Assembly: GCA_001687465.1 (NCBI GenBank)
Contig: LVLI01000080.1
Location: 124,001-188,000 of the forward strand
DNA: 64,000 nt
Direction: 5' to 3'
Source of the DNA: Halocafeteria seosinensis
Lineage: Eukaryota
The notes under the pieces: generated by a model
The model's input: only the letters and a program-made list of their open reading frames with translations
What the model was told of the DNA's origin: nothing
Databases searched by the model: none
Translations under genes and position numbers: made by a program
Shown: positions 11,415 to 23,958 of the stretch, piece by piece
How the letters are laid out: the number at the start of each line of letters is the position of its first letter
Numbering within the stretch: the first letter of the stretch is position 1

Positions 11415-11745
11415 GGTGGATAGGCAGAATCTGGCTGCCAGACGATGCTTTGGTAATTGACGCAGGGCGTCACTGTGAGCGTTGATGGACTAGACGCCTT
11501 CCCAAGTAGACATTTCATTTCTGCTGCCGAGCTAGCTAGGTATAACTGTGCGCCTTGGTATCGCCTGAGATAAAATTACTACTGGTATACATACTCGTAT
11601 ACCCTCCGCTTTCGGACCCTGTAGTTACACTTCCCCTGGTTTCACAGTATTGTTGCATTTCCTCCTGCTGTATACGAATCCCATGCGTATATACATTATA
11701 TCAATGTGCTGGTGCTGAACATACGATCTTGCTCTTCACGGTGTG
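11415..11745 (+). pseudogene. Decayed copy of the Trf4-like 5' catalytic exons, downstream of the gene
   Basis: IWLPDDALV vs AWLPIDDSV; KLLLVYILVYP vs KLRTVTTKIYP. 11719 acatacgatcttgctcttcacggtgtg vs 10004 acatagatcttgtgctccaggtgcg (DIDLVLQ plus donor GT). Confidence 0.6.
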
Positions 11746-11843
11746 GGTAATGATTTAATCATTAGTTCCAATTTTGTGACGTAGATGACACATGGAAGGT
11801 ATCTACAGGGCTTTATAGCTTGTTCCCGGAGCTCTACAGCACG

Positions 11844-13924
11844 ATGAGAGCCACTCGCCCGCGGTTATCGAAGTATGCGGGTCTGAATAAGACCACATTC
11901 CTGCTGGTAACCCGACGAAATGGCAAAAAATTGGGGTGCAGAGGACTTATAACCGCGGCTCAGCTGCAGCTTCAAGGCCCTCCTCTGTTCAACTCCTGTA
12001 CGCTACAGAGATACCCTTTACAGAGGGGAAGGCGGTTCCCCGTTCCTCGAGGATCTTGTCTAGGTGTGCGGCAAATGTCGAGCCTCACGGCGAAAGATGT
12101 GCTACGAATGAAAGGGCTACGCGCGTCCCACTACCTCTTGCAATCCAACGCCTCCGTAGCCGAAGCCATTTCCCACTTGGTGGAAGGCCGGATAGGAAGT
12201 GTGATTATTGTCCAAGGGGAACGAATTGTGGGAATGCTGGTACGTACAGCGAGGATTAAATATGTCGATAATGGTCAGCAACGTGTTGTATTGGTTGCTC
12301 GACAGACGGCTCGAGACTTACTGCGAGTTCTCAACCATGCGGCCACGCATACAGAGGGTCTGGCCAAAGAGGTGGGTGCGATAATGACCCCAGCCAAGAA
12401 AATTGTTCACGTGAACTCAAATGATGGTAAGCACATTTACGCTATCGCACAGCTGAGGTTCCTCACCTCGTTTCAATTCCCGTTTTGTTTCCAGACATAG
12501 AATTATGCTCGCGGATTATGACTGAGATGAAAGTGCGCAATCTACCGATTCTAGATGATGGGTATGTGCTAAAAGCCTTGTCGCTTCAAACATTCAGAAT
12601 TGTTTGGACCCTCTTCTTTCTCTTCTTCAGGAAACTCCAAGGAGTGATAACGCTCAAAGATGTGGTGGATATATTGAATGCTGAGGAGGTGGGAGGGAAG
12701 TCAAATTACGTGCGCAACATTCTGAACAGAAGAGGTATTGCTGGGCAAAAAATCCTTGATGATGAGGAAGTGGATAAAGCTATCGCAGCGAGCGCCTCTG
12801 AAAAGCTGTCTTTGGAAACGGGTGCCTTCGCTCTACCTGCTCCCGGTAAAGAAGAATCAGAGGACTCTTACTTCGTTACTCATTTACGCTGGCCTCATAT
12901 TCATAATGAATACGTCTCATATTTTGGTGTAGCCGACGGAGTAGGCTCGTGGAGAGCGTATGATGTCGATCCGACTGCGTACCCACATAGACTGTTAGCG
13001 TGTGCGACACAGGCAGTTCAGTCAATGGCCGGGAAAACATCTCATGTAAGTGTAATACTTTTTACACGTTTGAAAGCGTGTATGCTTCATGCAGTGGACG
13101 CTATGACTACAGCCTCCCACTCCTTGGACGATTTTGACCGAGGCGTGGAAACGTGTAACCGAGGAGCGAGTGGTTGGTTCTTGCACGGCATCAATAGCAA
13201 CGTTGGATCACGGTCAAAGTACGTAGTGTTGATTGACCATAAGAAGGCTTCTGCAATCCACATTGTGAGAACCTACTTTACGTTGAACTCAGACCAAATT
13301 GCTTTGGCCAACATCGGAGACTCAGGAATGCTACTGATAAGAGAAACTCATGTGGATAGAGTAGGTTCTTTACTCCGAGGCGGGGTGAGGCAAGGACTAC
13401 GGGGTGGGCTTCGTGTTAGCTTTAGGAGCACCCAGCAACTTCATGCATTCAACCAACCATTCCAATTAGGATTTCTCCCGGGAGACGATGCAGAGATTTC
13501 ACTCGATAATTGGCCTGAGGATGCAACAGCAGAAGCGTCTCCAGCATTGTCTGCTTTCGAAACACCGAGAGATGCTGATATAATACGTTTTCCCGTTATT
13601 CCTGGGGATATCATCGTGCTAGCTACTGATGGCCTCTTTGACAACGTGGATGAGACTGAAATCCTGGATATCACACAGAAATGGATGGACAAGCAGGGTA
13701 GGGACAAAACCTCCGCCGCTGTGGAATCGGGTGACTCACCGCAGCTGAACGATTTGGCTAAACAGCTGGTCGGCCATGCTTACGAATTGTCAATGGACAC
13801 CACTCGGGATAGTCCGTTTGCAGTTCTTGCAAAGGAAAACGACATCAACTGGACACAGGGTGGAAGAATGGACGATATCACTGTTGTTTGTGCGCGTGTT
13901 CATAAGTTCCAGGAGGCTACGTGA
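11844..13924 (+). CDS. CBS-pair (Bateman) domain fused to a PTC7-type PP2C phosphatase, with a probable mitochondrial presequence (6 exons)
   Basis: CBS motifs SVAEAI..L...IGSVII....IVGMLTARD and MTEMKVRNLPILDDGKLQGVITLKD. PTC7 motifs EDSYF, GVADGVGSW, VGSCTA, ANIGDSG, QLHAFNQPFQL, LATDGLFDN and GGRMDDITV. Introns start at 12240, 12427, 12562, 13046 and 13219. Confidence 0.9.
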
Positions 13925-14060
13925 AACAAGGTTTAGCACACAGTATATTCTTCCTTTCGGCCAGGTGAGTACCCCCGCGTGTAGGGCTGCTGAATGGTTC
14001 AATACATTAATTCGGAGCATTATGACCCATTCCGCAAACCACACATGCTGCGTCAACTTT

Positions 14061-16483
14061 CTATCCATAGAATTCGTTGAAACTATACGTATGAGTTGCT
14101 TCATCTTCTGAGTCAAAGCTCCCTAGTTTGCAACCAAATTGCCCAGGAACAGACGTCTCAACGACCTCAGTCTTCCAAGTTGTATCGAAGTTCCGTTCGT
14201 TCTTCAGTTTAATAGAGGTACGAGCATTTTTCAGATCGTTCGCATCTTTGACATGAGCATAATTAGATTCTGCATCACCAAAAGCGCTTTTCCACCAAGG
14301 AAAGCACTGCTGATAGTAGTAGCGGCAAAGCGTCTCTGACGGGTGGATCAGTTTTAACGGTTTTTTATGGCAGTCGACGGAAAGTTGTTCCGAGACACTG
14401 TCGTAGTTATTCTTGTCTACCAAAGTGCCTGTGATGGCAATGGTTGGGGTATCCAGATTCTCTGTCTGGTGCCAGTAGTCCCGGGGATAAAATAAGGCCT
14501 CGCCTTCTTCAGCCTGGAATCATGGAGTTCAACAACAACAGACTTAGAAAAAAGATGTCATTGATCTAGCGCCTTGGTTGCTCAGACCACGTACGATGTC
14601 AAAATAACAAGAAGCGTTTCGGACCCATGGGCGCTCTTCATAGTCGGGCGCGAACATGTTGGTCTCCTCGTTACCGGGGGTACCAACATACTGATTTTCC
14701 GATGGAGCACAGATATGCCACAGTTTTCTTCCGCGTAGCTGAAACTGGAATGAAGATGTGCGAAGGGTATCGCTGAGAGCAAGAAAACGAAAGCGTATAT
14801 ACAAATGATAAAAGCCAAAAAACCAGTAGAGTCTGCGCTTACATATGGTTAAACATTCCAGCACCCTTGTCACCAATAAGAACCATGCGCCAGTGTGTCG
14901 TTAACAAAAACTCGTTGCGAAGAGAATCAGAAGGGAGACACCCTCTCAGCCAGGGTTCATCTGACTCAAAAAAGAAAGGCAGTTCTCCCAAGTCTTCCTT
15001 GATTCGTTGCCAATCGTTCCACTTGATATTCTGTACAAATGCAACGCAAGGTATGTGGTAATAAATCAGGAAACGCTCTTCCTAAAAATACATAACGCAC
15101 CCATTGGATATACCGTCCTTCGCGATGCTGAGGAAGGGGGAAAGAAGCCTTTTCGGGATGAAACAGACTATGTAACGCTTCCGGGAGTTTTATCAGGTAT
15201 GGATGAGTACTGCGAGCAGACGAATGAGTAGCACTCAATAATATGGAGCACTCGACAGCTCTTAGGCACCAAACTTACCCTTGCACGTCCATGTTCTGGG
15301 AGTAAAAGTCAACGATACTGTCAGGGAACTTTGCCGCCAGATATTTCGGCGTCCACTTTTTCCTTGTATCCCACTTGTTTACTAGGCCTGTCAAGATGAA
15401 CGGCTTCTTCCCTTCAGCATATATCCTGTTTTCTGGAAGATAGAGACGATCTACAGGGACACGGGGCATACTGCGTATATTATGTTCTATCCTCACATCG
15501 GCCCGTCCAAACCTAGTGGACGTTTTCTCTTTGTCGTCCCTGTTGTCCCGAGAGTCGGATCTGCGATGTTGCTCTGGCTCAACATTCCATTCGTCATCCA
15601 CGCTCGCGTCCATATTCTCCTGCGGATCCTGCCGCTCTTCTTGACTTTGATCACGTTGACTAGACTTCTTTGCTCCTTTACGTTGTAGTTTCCTCGGGTT
15701 TTTTTCACGCTCTTCTCGTTCCTCTTCCATTTGTTTCCGTATTTTTGTTTTCTCGTCACGGGATAGAGTAGACAGGAAAGGGAAACCCAGTTTAACAAAT
15801 TCTACGTCAGCATTCAAGTCCATAAAGGGACAAAGCGTTTTGAAATTTTCTACTGCGTCCTCATTCTTTGAGTCACTCTTCAAGACATAAGCGAATGTAT
15901 CGTAGGATTCCTTCAGCATCCCAAGACGCATGTAGGTAACCCCCAAATTATTGAATACACTAAGCGCTTTGGGATCTAGTTCCGTGATAGCTTTGAATTC
16001 CTCCAGTGCCGCTTCCAAGCGACCTTCTTTGGCTACCTCTATAGCTGCTATGTTGCGGCGATCTACTTCGTCGGGACTGATTTGGGTATCGGATCCTTCT
16101 TCACCTTCATTTCCGTTGCCAAAGCCGAAGCCCTCGCCGGCATTTTCCTCCTGCTCATCGAAGGGGCTGGATTCTCCTCGTCTTCGTCTTCGAGGGCGGT
16201 GGCCCCTGCCATCTCCTGCAGGAGGAGGCTCTTGTTTTTCTTGTTTTTCTTCTTCATTCAACTCTTCCTGAAGTTCATTTAAGATATCATCCATTCCCGT
16301 TTTATCCGTACCATCTGCTGTAGCAGTTGTACTAGAGCGCTGCCGTCGTTTCAGAGTTCGAGCAGCATCTACCCCTACTCCTAACTTATGCTCACTCCCT
16401 GACAGGAGTAATACTGCTACGGAAACGACAGCTGCCACCACAATCCACCGATATGAGGGTTGCCGTACTCTTGCCAATTCCAT
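14061..16483 (-). CDS. Signal/TM-anchored TPR plus JmjC (cupin-like 2OG oxygenase) protein (5 exons)
   Basis: Hydrophobic WIVVAAVVSVAVLLLSG, then an acidic region and TPRs (GRLEAALEEFKAITELDP..VFNNLGVTY). JmjC motifs KPFILTG..W, GAGMFNHIDT (HxD across an intron), RGRKLW and GEALFYPRDYWHQTENL. Confidence 0.85.
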
Positions 16484-16798
16484 GGTCTCTCGGTTGCTTC
16501 TCTCGATGCAATGCACCACTGTGCACCAGACACACAGATGCGGGAGTAGCAAGCAAGGGAGATGTAAGGACCTGATACGACTGTACCGACAGGACCAAAC
16601 AAGGGCACCTTATGTTTGCTTCCTCGGAAGCGTACTACTCGTAGCATGAGAAATAAAGTCCAACATTTGTTTGACGTGTTGCAACTTCAACCTTTCCATG
16701 GACCATCGCTCGTCAGCATACTATATAGAAGCTACAAGGTATAGTCCGTGTACGGAATGTCCCCGAGCTCATTGTAGTGTTGACTGGGACGAACAATC

Positions 16799-17589
16799 AT
16801 GCAGCAGCAATCTATTCCATCCTCGGCGGGGAGTGCTACACAGCCTTATCCTTCGTCTTCGCACTCTCAACAGCCACCTCGACATCCTGAAGAAGGGACC
16901 AAAACGCTCTCCCATAGCGCATTACAAACTCATACAGGGAATCAGGAAAAAGATGTAGTCCCCGTACTCCCTCCAGATGGGAGTACCGCATTTGATATGT
17001 GCAATCCGGTTGTGCAAGCTGCACAAGGTAAGCTCTGCTGAAGCTTCACAAGCGTTAAGTTCTTGGAATGACGTTGTTATGCCGCCACAATGCAGAAGCG
17101 GAAGAGCTTACCAACAGTACCATAGCTAAGATGCATCCAAATAAATTTTCAGCGTTCGTGGATATTGCCTACGACGAGGATCTGGAATTTGAAGCAGTGG
17201 ACGTGTTGGGAAAGGATGCCAAATTGAAACTATCAACGAAATGCACGTTACCGTATCTCGTACTGCAGATCAACGATTTGGATAAGTTTTGCTCCATTGA
17301 ACTGACGCTGGTGGATACCAAAAGGAGAATTAGGCGGATTACGATGAGCAACAAACAGACAACAACAAGGGTACAGGACGATGCGTGTAGCATGCCTCTT
17401 GTGCTAGTCAAAGGGTGGAATTATGTAAATTTAGATTTACCCGACATTTCAAAGCATGCATTCGGAGTAGATCACAAATATTGCAAAAGTGTCATCATAC
17501 ATGGTAGTTTACGTGTCGGTAGAGTTTATTTTCAGAAGGAAGTGTTTGATGACTCGCAGCTACCCGAATTTCTTCGGGTTGCTCACTGA
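16799..17589 (+). CDS. CFAP20/BUG22 (DUF667) domain protein, divergent paralog with a Q/P-rich N-terminus
   Basis: LPYLVLQI..L.K..SIE....D.....RR...SN.Q..TRV....CSMPL.L..GWNY..LDL......AFG......V.IH...R+.RVYF. Intron near 17028-17095. Confidence 0.85.
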
Positions 17590-17679
17590 ACTATGAATGC
17601 ACAGCCATTGGGAAGAGAACTATTATCCGTCTGCGTTTTCAAGACCACAATAATTTCTTTTTCGCTGTTTAACCGAGCT

Positions 17680-18892
17680 TCACTTTACATCTTTGTTAGG
17701 TTCTTCGAGTGTAGCACTATGACTGCTGCGGAATTCCGGTTTCAAAATGTATTTGCCACGGTTCGGCCCAGCTTGCACATATTCGCAATACCGTGACATA
17801 TCTTCTCTGATTTTAGCCTGCAATATCAAGTGACATTCCAACAAGTGCTAAGAAAATAGAAACATTGATCAACATCGTACCTCCGAGAACCTGCGAGATA
17901 ACGCTGCAAGCAGATTCTTCCTACTCCAAGCTGCCGCTTCCTCATATAGCGACAACAGAGTTGCATCGTCTCGTGGTGTAACACTGGGTTCCTCTTTCTG
18001 TGTTTCGAAGGGGTCCTTCGAAGCCTTCCAAATGGATTCTTGGTTTACGGCCTGTGGGATCTCTCTATCGCGTAAGACTCCCGTCTCGGGCCTGCTCAAA
18101 GAGAAACAAAGAGATGGTCTTTGGGACCCTCAAATAACCCGGGCTCTTTAATGCTCAACACTTACCTATTCTTCTCTGCTTCTTTCCTTCTCCGTTTGTT
18201 CTCCTGGGAATAGGCTTTGTAACAAGGATCTTTGGGGTCAGGTACTGCGGTCCCGCTTTTCGTCGCCACTCCTTCCATTAGTCCTGTTGCTAGCAGGAAC
18301 ATGAGTTAGTTTGCGTGTGTAGCGTTTCCCAAAACCACACACTTACCACCTCCTTCATTTGATAGTGTAATGACTCGATGGCCTTGGGGAGGACCGAGAT
18401 TTATCTTAAACTTCTCTGGAGTAACTTGGCGGGCTTGATCGCCGAGCTGACTCTTGTCAACATGTATCGTATGCTGCACGCTCTCGGTCAATTCCAAAGC
18501 GCTGAATTGCAGAATGTTCACAGGCAAGCCACACATAATACATACTGTCGTCCTTCCACTTGGGTCCTCTGTAATCTCCAGCGTTCCCAGCTGATCTAAA
18601 CCTGCTCGTTCGAGTGCTAAAAAATTCGAGGCAGTGTTGTACATACACCCGTCCTGTAGTCACTTACCATTCTGAGGGTCATGAAGGCCCCACGAAGAGC
18701 ATAAAACATCCTGCATAATCAATTTTTCAGGCGCGTTCCAATCCACATTTCAGTCAAACCACAGGAGGAAGGACATACAGGTAACTTCACGAGCCACATT
18801 TCCTTCTCTGCATTATCTGTGTGTAGCTGGCCGCGTCGTTTTACTCCAACTCTCTCCTGGTTGCTGGGCACATTACCACCGCTTGCGCTCAT
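17680..18892 (-). CDS. GTF2F2: Transcription factor IIF beta subunit (RAP30) (7 exons)
   Basis: N-terminal LHTDNAEKEMWLVKLP and C-terminal winged helix LLSLYEE..AWSRKNL...IREDMSRYCEYVQAGPNRGKYILKPEF. Six GT-AG introns restore the frame. Confidence 0.8.
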
Positions 18893-19174
18893 TGTTGGCT
18901 TACACTATAATAGTACAGCCGAATATCTGTTTAATAATGATTGCAATTTATATATTTTTGCTATTATGGTACGAAAGCGTCAATAACAGCGCGTTCTAGC
19001 CGCGTACGCTACTCACGTCTACGATGACTGAGGAAGTGTGGTGGATCGAAATGTGAAGCAAATATGCTGCTAAAAGATTCAGGGCGAACACGATGTACCG
19101 GTATGCTTCAGAGCATTGAAGCATAACTATTTACGTTATGTCTCTCACGGGATACTCCTTAATTTTCGTATGCG

Positions 19175-21519
19175 TTATGACGACCCTTCCAGTTTCTTAA
19201 TCTCCTCTTGAATCTGTGGCATTAACACAAACAAGGGGCATGTGTGCCAATTGCAGCAAACGCCTTGGTTAACAAAAGGCTCCACTTACTCGTTCAAGAT
19301 CCTTCGACACTTTCTCTGTGTTTTCTTCGAGATTCTTCTCTTCCAGTTGCTGAATTTGGCTCTCGTAGTCGCGTTGTTCATTTTCGTTGTCGGCACCCTG
19401 CTGAACGAGCGATATAATAGTCCGGAAGCTTTCACGGATTTGAGAGAACTGACGATAAACTTCCAAGTATTCTTGTTGATCAGTATTTTTGTTTCTCTCA
19501 ACAGCACCGTAGATTAGGTTTTCAGCATTACGTGAAGTACGCCCAAGTTTATCCTCGATCTTGGACGTTTCTTCTTGAAGCTTACGAATATCACCAACGA
19601 TCTGAGAGCCAAGAACCAATTCCACTCCCTTGTGTGACGACATACCTATCATTATAGTGAAAAGATGCTTATACATACCTGCATTATTTCGGCACTTTCT
19701 TTGTGAGTCTCACCAATCATATCTAGGATACGCTGCGTATAGAACACGCGGCTCTTTTCCTCACTAAGAGATTCAGTTTCTTTCTTGAGTTGGGACACAA
19801 TTTCTTCCCTTTCTTGCATTTCCTTTGTCATATCGCGCATCTCATTAGATAGCTTGCTCGTCTCCATTTCGAGTTGACTCTTTTTGTCTTGCTTTTCTGA
19901 ATCTGACCGCTTAAGCTGCCGCAATTTCTCCAGTAGAGGCCTGCGCTGTTGTTCAAACTGTGCAGCGGCCTCAACTATGCTGTTCGCCATATCGTAACAA
20001 GAGGTTTGTAGCTCTTGAATCTTAGAATCTGCGGAAGGTAGCGCTTTGGCAGCCTTGGCGGAATAATTGTATTCGTTCTCCAGTTCAACACTCCTCAATT
20101 GCTCCGCTCCGAGAGTTTGTCGAACCTGATTAATGCTTTCACCCATATTTGCTACTTCTTGCTGTATTGTGTTAATCCGTTTGTTTGCTGATTCCAGATC
20201 ATTTTCTAACTTCTGGACAGTTTCCTCTTCAATTTCCTCTTGAGTCTTCTCTTTATTGCTATTTTCCTTGCCTGCATCGGATGATGTGTGCTGTTGCTGC
20301 TGAGAGACCTCAGCGTCTTCCTTGACGTTTTCCTGAGTCGACTTTGATGCTTGAGTATGAGAAACCTCTCCTCGTGCAGCGGCTAGCACGTCGGGATTGA
20401 CCTCAATATCCTCCTTGTTGTAATGGACATTTCTCTGGAAGTTCGAAGATGTCAAACCTGTAGAAGAGCCGCCATTTCTACGGCCTTGAAAGTACTCTTC
20501 AACGACAGCGAGGTCTTCTCCATATAGATGCTGCAATGAGCCTTCCTGCGGGCGCTGCATAGCTTCTTTCGATATAGCAGCTCGAACACGTCTGGATAGT
20601 TGCGCTTCCTTCTTCTGTCTCACACGACAACCAGCATTGAAAACAAGTTCACGAGAAAACCACTGCAGCGAAACTCCATTAGACTTACCATTTGTTCTCC
20701 GGGCACAACCTGATCACTCGCTTGAGCCTCCCTTGAAAGTAAGAGACGGGCGATTGTCTGTGGGTCATTTATTTGTTGCAGCAAAGGGAGCAAGTACTCA
20801 GTTTGGTACTTCCGTTGCTCCTGGGTTAAATTGGGATGGTCCTCTAAATTGACCGGCATCGACAATTGCTGGACATGTTTATACTTCCTCCGTTGTTCAC
20901 TTGCTCGGGAAGAACGAGGAGGATGCCATTGCTGCTTCGTCCATCTCCCAACAGCATCAGCGATTTCCCTTTGTAGCAGTGCTGCGGGACTCGTATCTTT
21001 GGCTTTACTCTTTTGACTCTTTCGAGGAAGTACCTCAACGAGCCATTGGAAAAACCTCCTCACGTCTTTGCTGCTCGGATAGAGCAGCTGACTATAGCCG
21101 AATTCTCCTCGAAATCCGAGCTCCTTGACCTTATTCGCGACTGATGTACAAACGCGGTGTCTTTGGGCGACGTTGACCGGCAGTCCTTCCGGCCACTGTC
21201 CTCCACTTGCCTCTGCCGATTTCTTTCCCACAGTCGACCGTCGGTTTCTTGAGGAGCCTTCCTCAGTGTCGTCCTCTTGGTCTTGATCATCGCTTTTCGA
21301 AGCAGAGAGGCCATCGACAATGTTGAGGGCGGAAGAGGTGATTCGGAGCATGGCTCTGGCATCGACATCTTCGATCGATTTTAGCTGCTTTGGCACTTTG
21401 CTGCAATACAGAGAATTACAAGTGGATCATATGAGTCTCCCTTTAGCCTTAGATATCGTGAATGCATACCAATCAGCCTCTCTCAGAGTGGAGAGCAAGA
21501 TTTCATCAGCTTCCTCCAT
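19175..21519 (-). CDS. CCDC22: Coiled-coil domain-containing protein 22 (Commander/CCC complex) (5 exons)
   Basis: Starts MEEADEILLSTLREA. Contains LGFRGEFGYSQLLYPS..DVR..FQWLVE.LP, a long coiled coil and SR..YT.RILDMI. Confidence 0.9.
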
Positions 21520-21741
21520 GATACTCGTCGGTCCTATTCTATCAACATGTACACAACATATAAACAAGAGCAATTACTATACAAATCTGGTGTACAATCG
21601 CCTCTGCATAAGGAGTCAATGCCACAAATTGTCCCACAATATCATCGTCAATGCTGGCACAGCTTCAACAACGTGAACAAGTCCCTGCTATATTTGTATA
21701 CGAGCATATTTGTCAAGATTCACACCAGAACAGACAGAACG

Positions 21742-22579
21742 ATGTCAGCGTTCGTGTGGATCCCACTGACTGTGGGAACGTACTTTATAGGACGAGGGTA
21801 CCTGGTGGCGAATCAGGCCATCTACACACAGCTTAAAGTGGCATTAGAATATCAGGGTAAGGTAACCCGTACTCGTATGGATACCATCGGTGTGATGGGA
21901 AAATGTGTCTCTGTCCTTTTATGCAGGGTATAAATGGCCTGACCAAGTTGGAGGGGGCACCGAAGCTCCCAGAGGACTGGAGGATTCTCAGGACGATTTC
22001 GGCACTTTTACTCAGGCACGTTCAACAGAAAGCAGCAAAGGCTGGGTGAAGAATATCGGGAGTGACTACGCAAAACTCATCGGAGATGCAATGGGAATTG
22101 GAGTGGGGGTTCTTTCCTACTCCATTGTGTATAAGACGGTGAAACGACAATTGACGAATCCGTCGGACCTGCTACAGAACCGGAAGAGCATGCGCGCTGC
22201 CGTGGAAAATGCAAAGCCTCTACCTCCCCCGTTGACTCCCCGGCGCTTCTACCAGTATTTGGCTCCGCACAAAATTACTCGCACGTCTTTTAGAGAGTTC
22301 AACAGGCTTTACTCGAGGACTATTCTTATTCATTGGCTGGCTCTTACATGGGCTGTGGTTTTTGCCAGCATTGCCCAACCATTGCTGGAATCCAGGACAA
22401 TATGCGATTGCACACCTCGTTCTGGTAAACACCCAAAAGAAATTCAAGTAAGTTTCCTTTGCAGGGTTATGCTTGAAAACTGGTGCAAACGTGTTTCCTC
22501 GTCCCTTTGTGACCAGCAAGAGAAGGAGGACGAAGCTCGGTTCGCAGGCAAGCGAAAAGCCTCAGGAGCTTATGATTGA
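21742..22579 (+). CDS. Hypothetical membrane protein with 2-3 hydrophobic segments (3 exons)
   Basis: Starts MSAFVWIPLTVGTYFIG. Introns at about 21857-21926 and 22448-22516 keep the frame. Hydrophobic segments GIGVGVLSYSIVY and ILIHWLALTWAVVFASIA. Confidence 0.65.
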
Positions 22580-22609
22580 ATATGGGCAAATTGTTTAAAG
22601 GAGATATTC

Positions 22610-22730
22610 CAATGAATCGGTTATATGACAAGTCGTTGACGACTATTGGAAGGTCGAATAAAGGAGCTGGGCTTTGCTCAGCGTTGCACCAGAAACGAAC
22701 ATGGAGCGGTGAGAAACCGTGCGAACCTTC
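22610..22730 (+). pseudogene. Decayed copy of the 3' part of the upstream membrane-protein gene
   Basis: NRLYDKSL (22615) vs NRLYSRTI (22301). gctgggctttgctcagcgttgcacca (22666) vs gctgtggtttttgccagcattgcccaa (22352). Both pairs are spaced exactly 51 nt apart. Confidence 0.6.
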
Positions 22731-23463
22731 TGAGCAACGGAGACTCATTGCGGAGGTAATGAATGGAGCTTTAGACGACGATGTGTAAGGTTTGGTCTGC
22801 GGTAAACAGCGCCTGACGAAAGCTCCGAACTTGTTGAATTCCTGAAGGTTCAATTCACAAAACCGCGCACGTGTAAGTTGGTTGCACAGGCGTTGATCAT
22901 TGTCGAAACGTATGTGCACGAAGTAGACAGAAAAAATCGTGTGGGAATCCTGCTCGGGTATTTTTGAACAGGGAAAGTGTCGCGGGTGATGCATAACAAT
23001 CCATCAATAACTCAGGTTAACAATTGACTAGCTGGTATCTTCAGCAATTAGCTGTTCGTTAGTAGACTGATGTGCACTCTTGCGGTAGCTACGATCTGGA
23101 TACCTTGACTCCTGAGACAAAGACGGTATGCAAGGAGTATTCCGGGTAGGAGCAATACTAATACACACTTTGAGCAACGTACAATCCGTCACACTCACAC
23201 TGATCGCTACAAAGAGTGGTTTCCCCGCATTTTATACGTAAGATTCACGCGAGGCTTAGAATGTGAGTCGAATCTGTGTGTGAATCGCTAAGATGGCATG
23301 GGGCAAACTCGACCATCAACCGCAGTCCAGTGTGCGCCCTTGTACACTTCTCATCCTAAGCTTCGGTAGAGTTTTGCATTCGGGAAATGGATATGAGGAA
23401 GCCCATAGTGATCGGCAGAGCATTCTCCGTTCAGAGGACTAGGACTGTTAACGCTGGATCTAA

Positions 23464-23958
23464 TTAGACTTTTTCGGACTTGAATGCCTTCAAGTCTTTT
23501 TCAATGAGTTTCTGTCCTCGTCGTTTCATTCGCCGTTTAGCTTGCCATGACGGATGCAATTCTTCAAAGTGAGGTTCCCCACAAGGAAGTAGTCCTCTTC
23601 CTTTCCCAGCCCCTCGACCATGGATATACTGTTTCTTTGGCTTTACTGGCTCTTTATTCTTCGCATGGGCCGGCTTGTCTCTCCCCGATTGCTCCTCGCG
23701 GGCACTCCAATATTGCTCAATGGATTCTCGGTATTGACGATGTTCGTCATCTTTGTCTCGTCCATCACCCCCCTCTTCAATATTAACAGTCTCTTTTCCT
23801 TCGGCTTCTACGCCTCCTGTGTGCTCCTTAGATGCTGTATGCATCGAGCCATTCGTCGATGTCGTGTCTGTATAGGTGTCGTCCGTCTTGGCCGTAACAT
23901 TCGACGCACTACCCATGCTACTATTCTCCATATCTCTCCACCAGTGATACTCTTTCAT
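23464..23958 (-). CDS. Short charged protein with a BUD22/SRFBP1-type C-terminal motif
   Basis: EELHPSWQAKRRMK matches the LHPSW.AK+ motif of the BUD22 family; the rest is low complexity. Start codon uncertain (23958 or 23931). Confidence 0.6.
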   Translation of the reverse strand: MKEYHWWRDMENSSMGSASNVTAKTDDTYTDTTSTNGSMHTASKEHTGGVEAEGKETVNIEEGGDGRDKDDEHRQYRESIEQYWSAREEQSGRDKPAHAKNKEPVKPKKQYIHGRGAGKGRGLLPCGEPHFEELHPSWQAKRRMKRRGQKLIEKDLKAFKSEKV

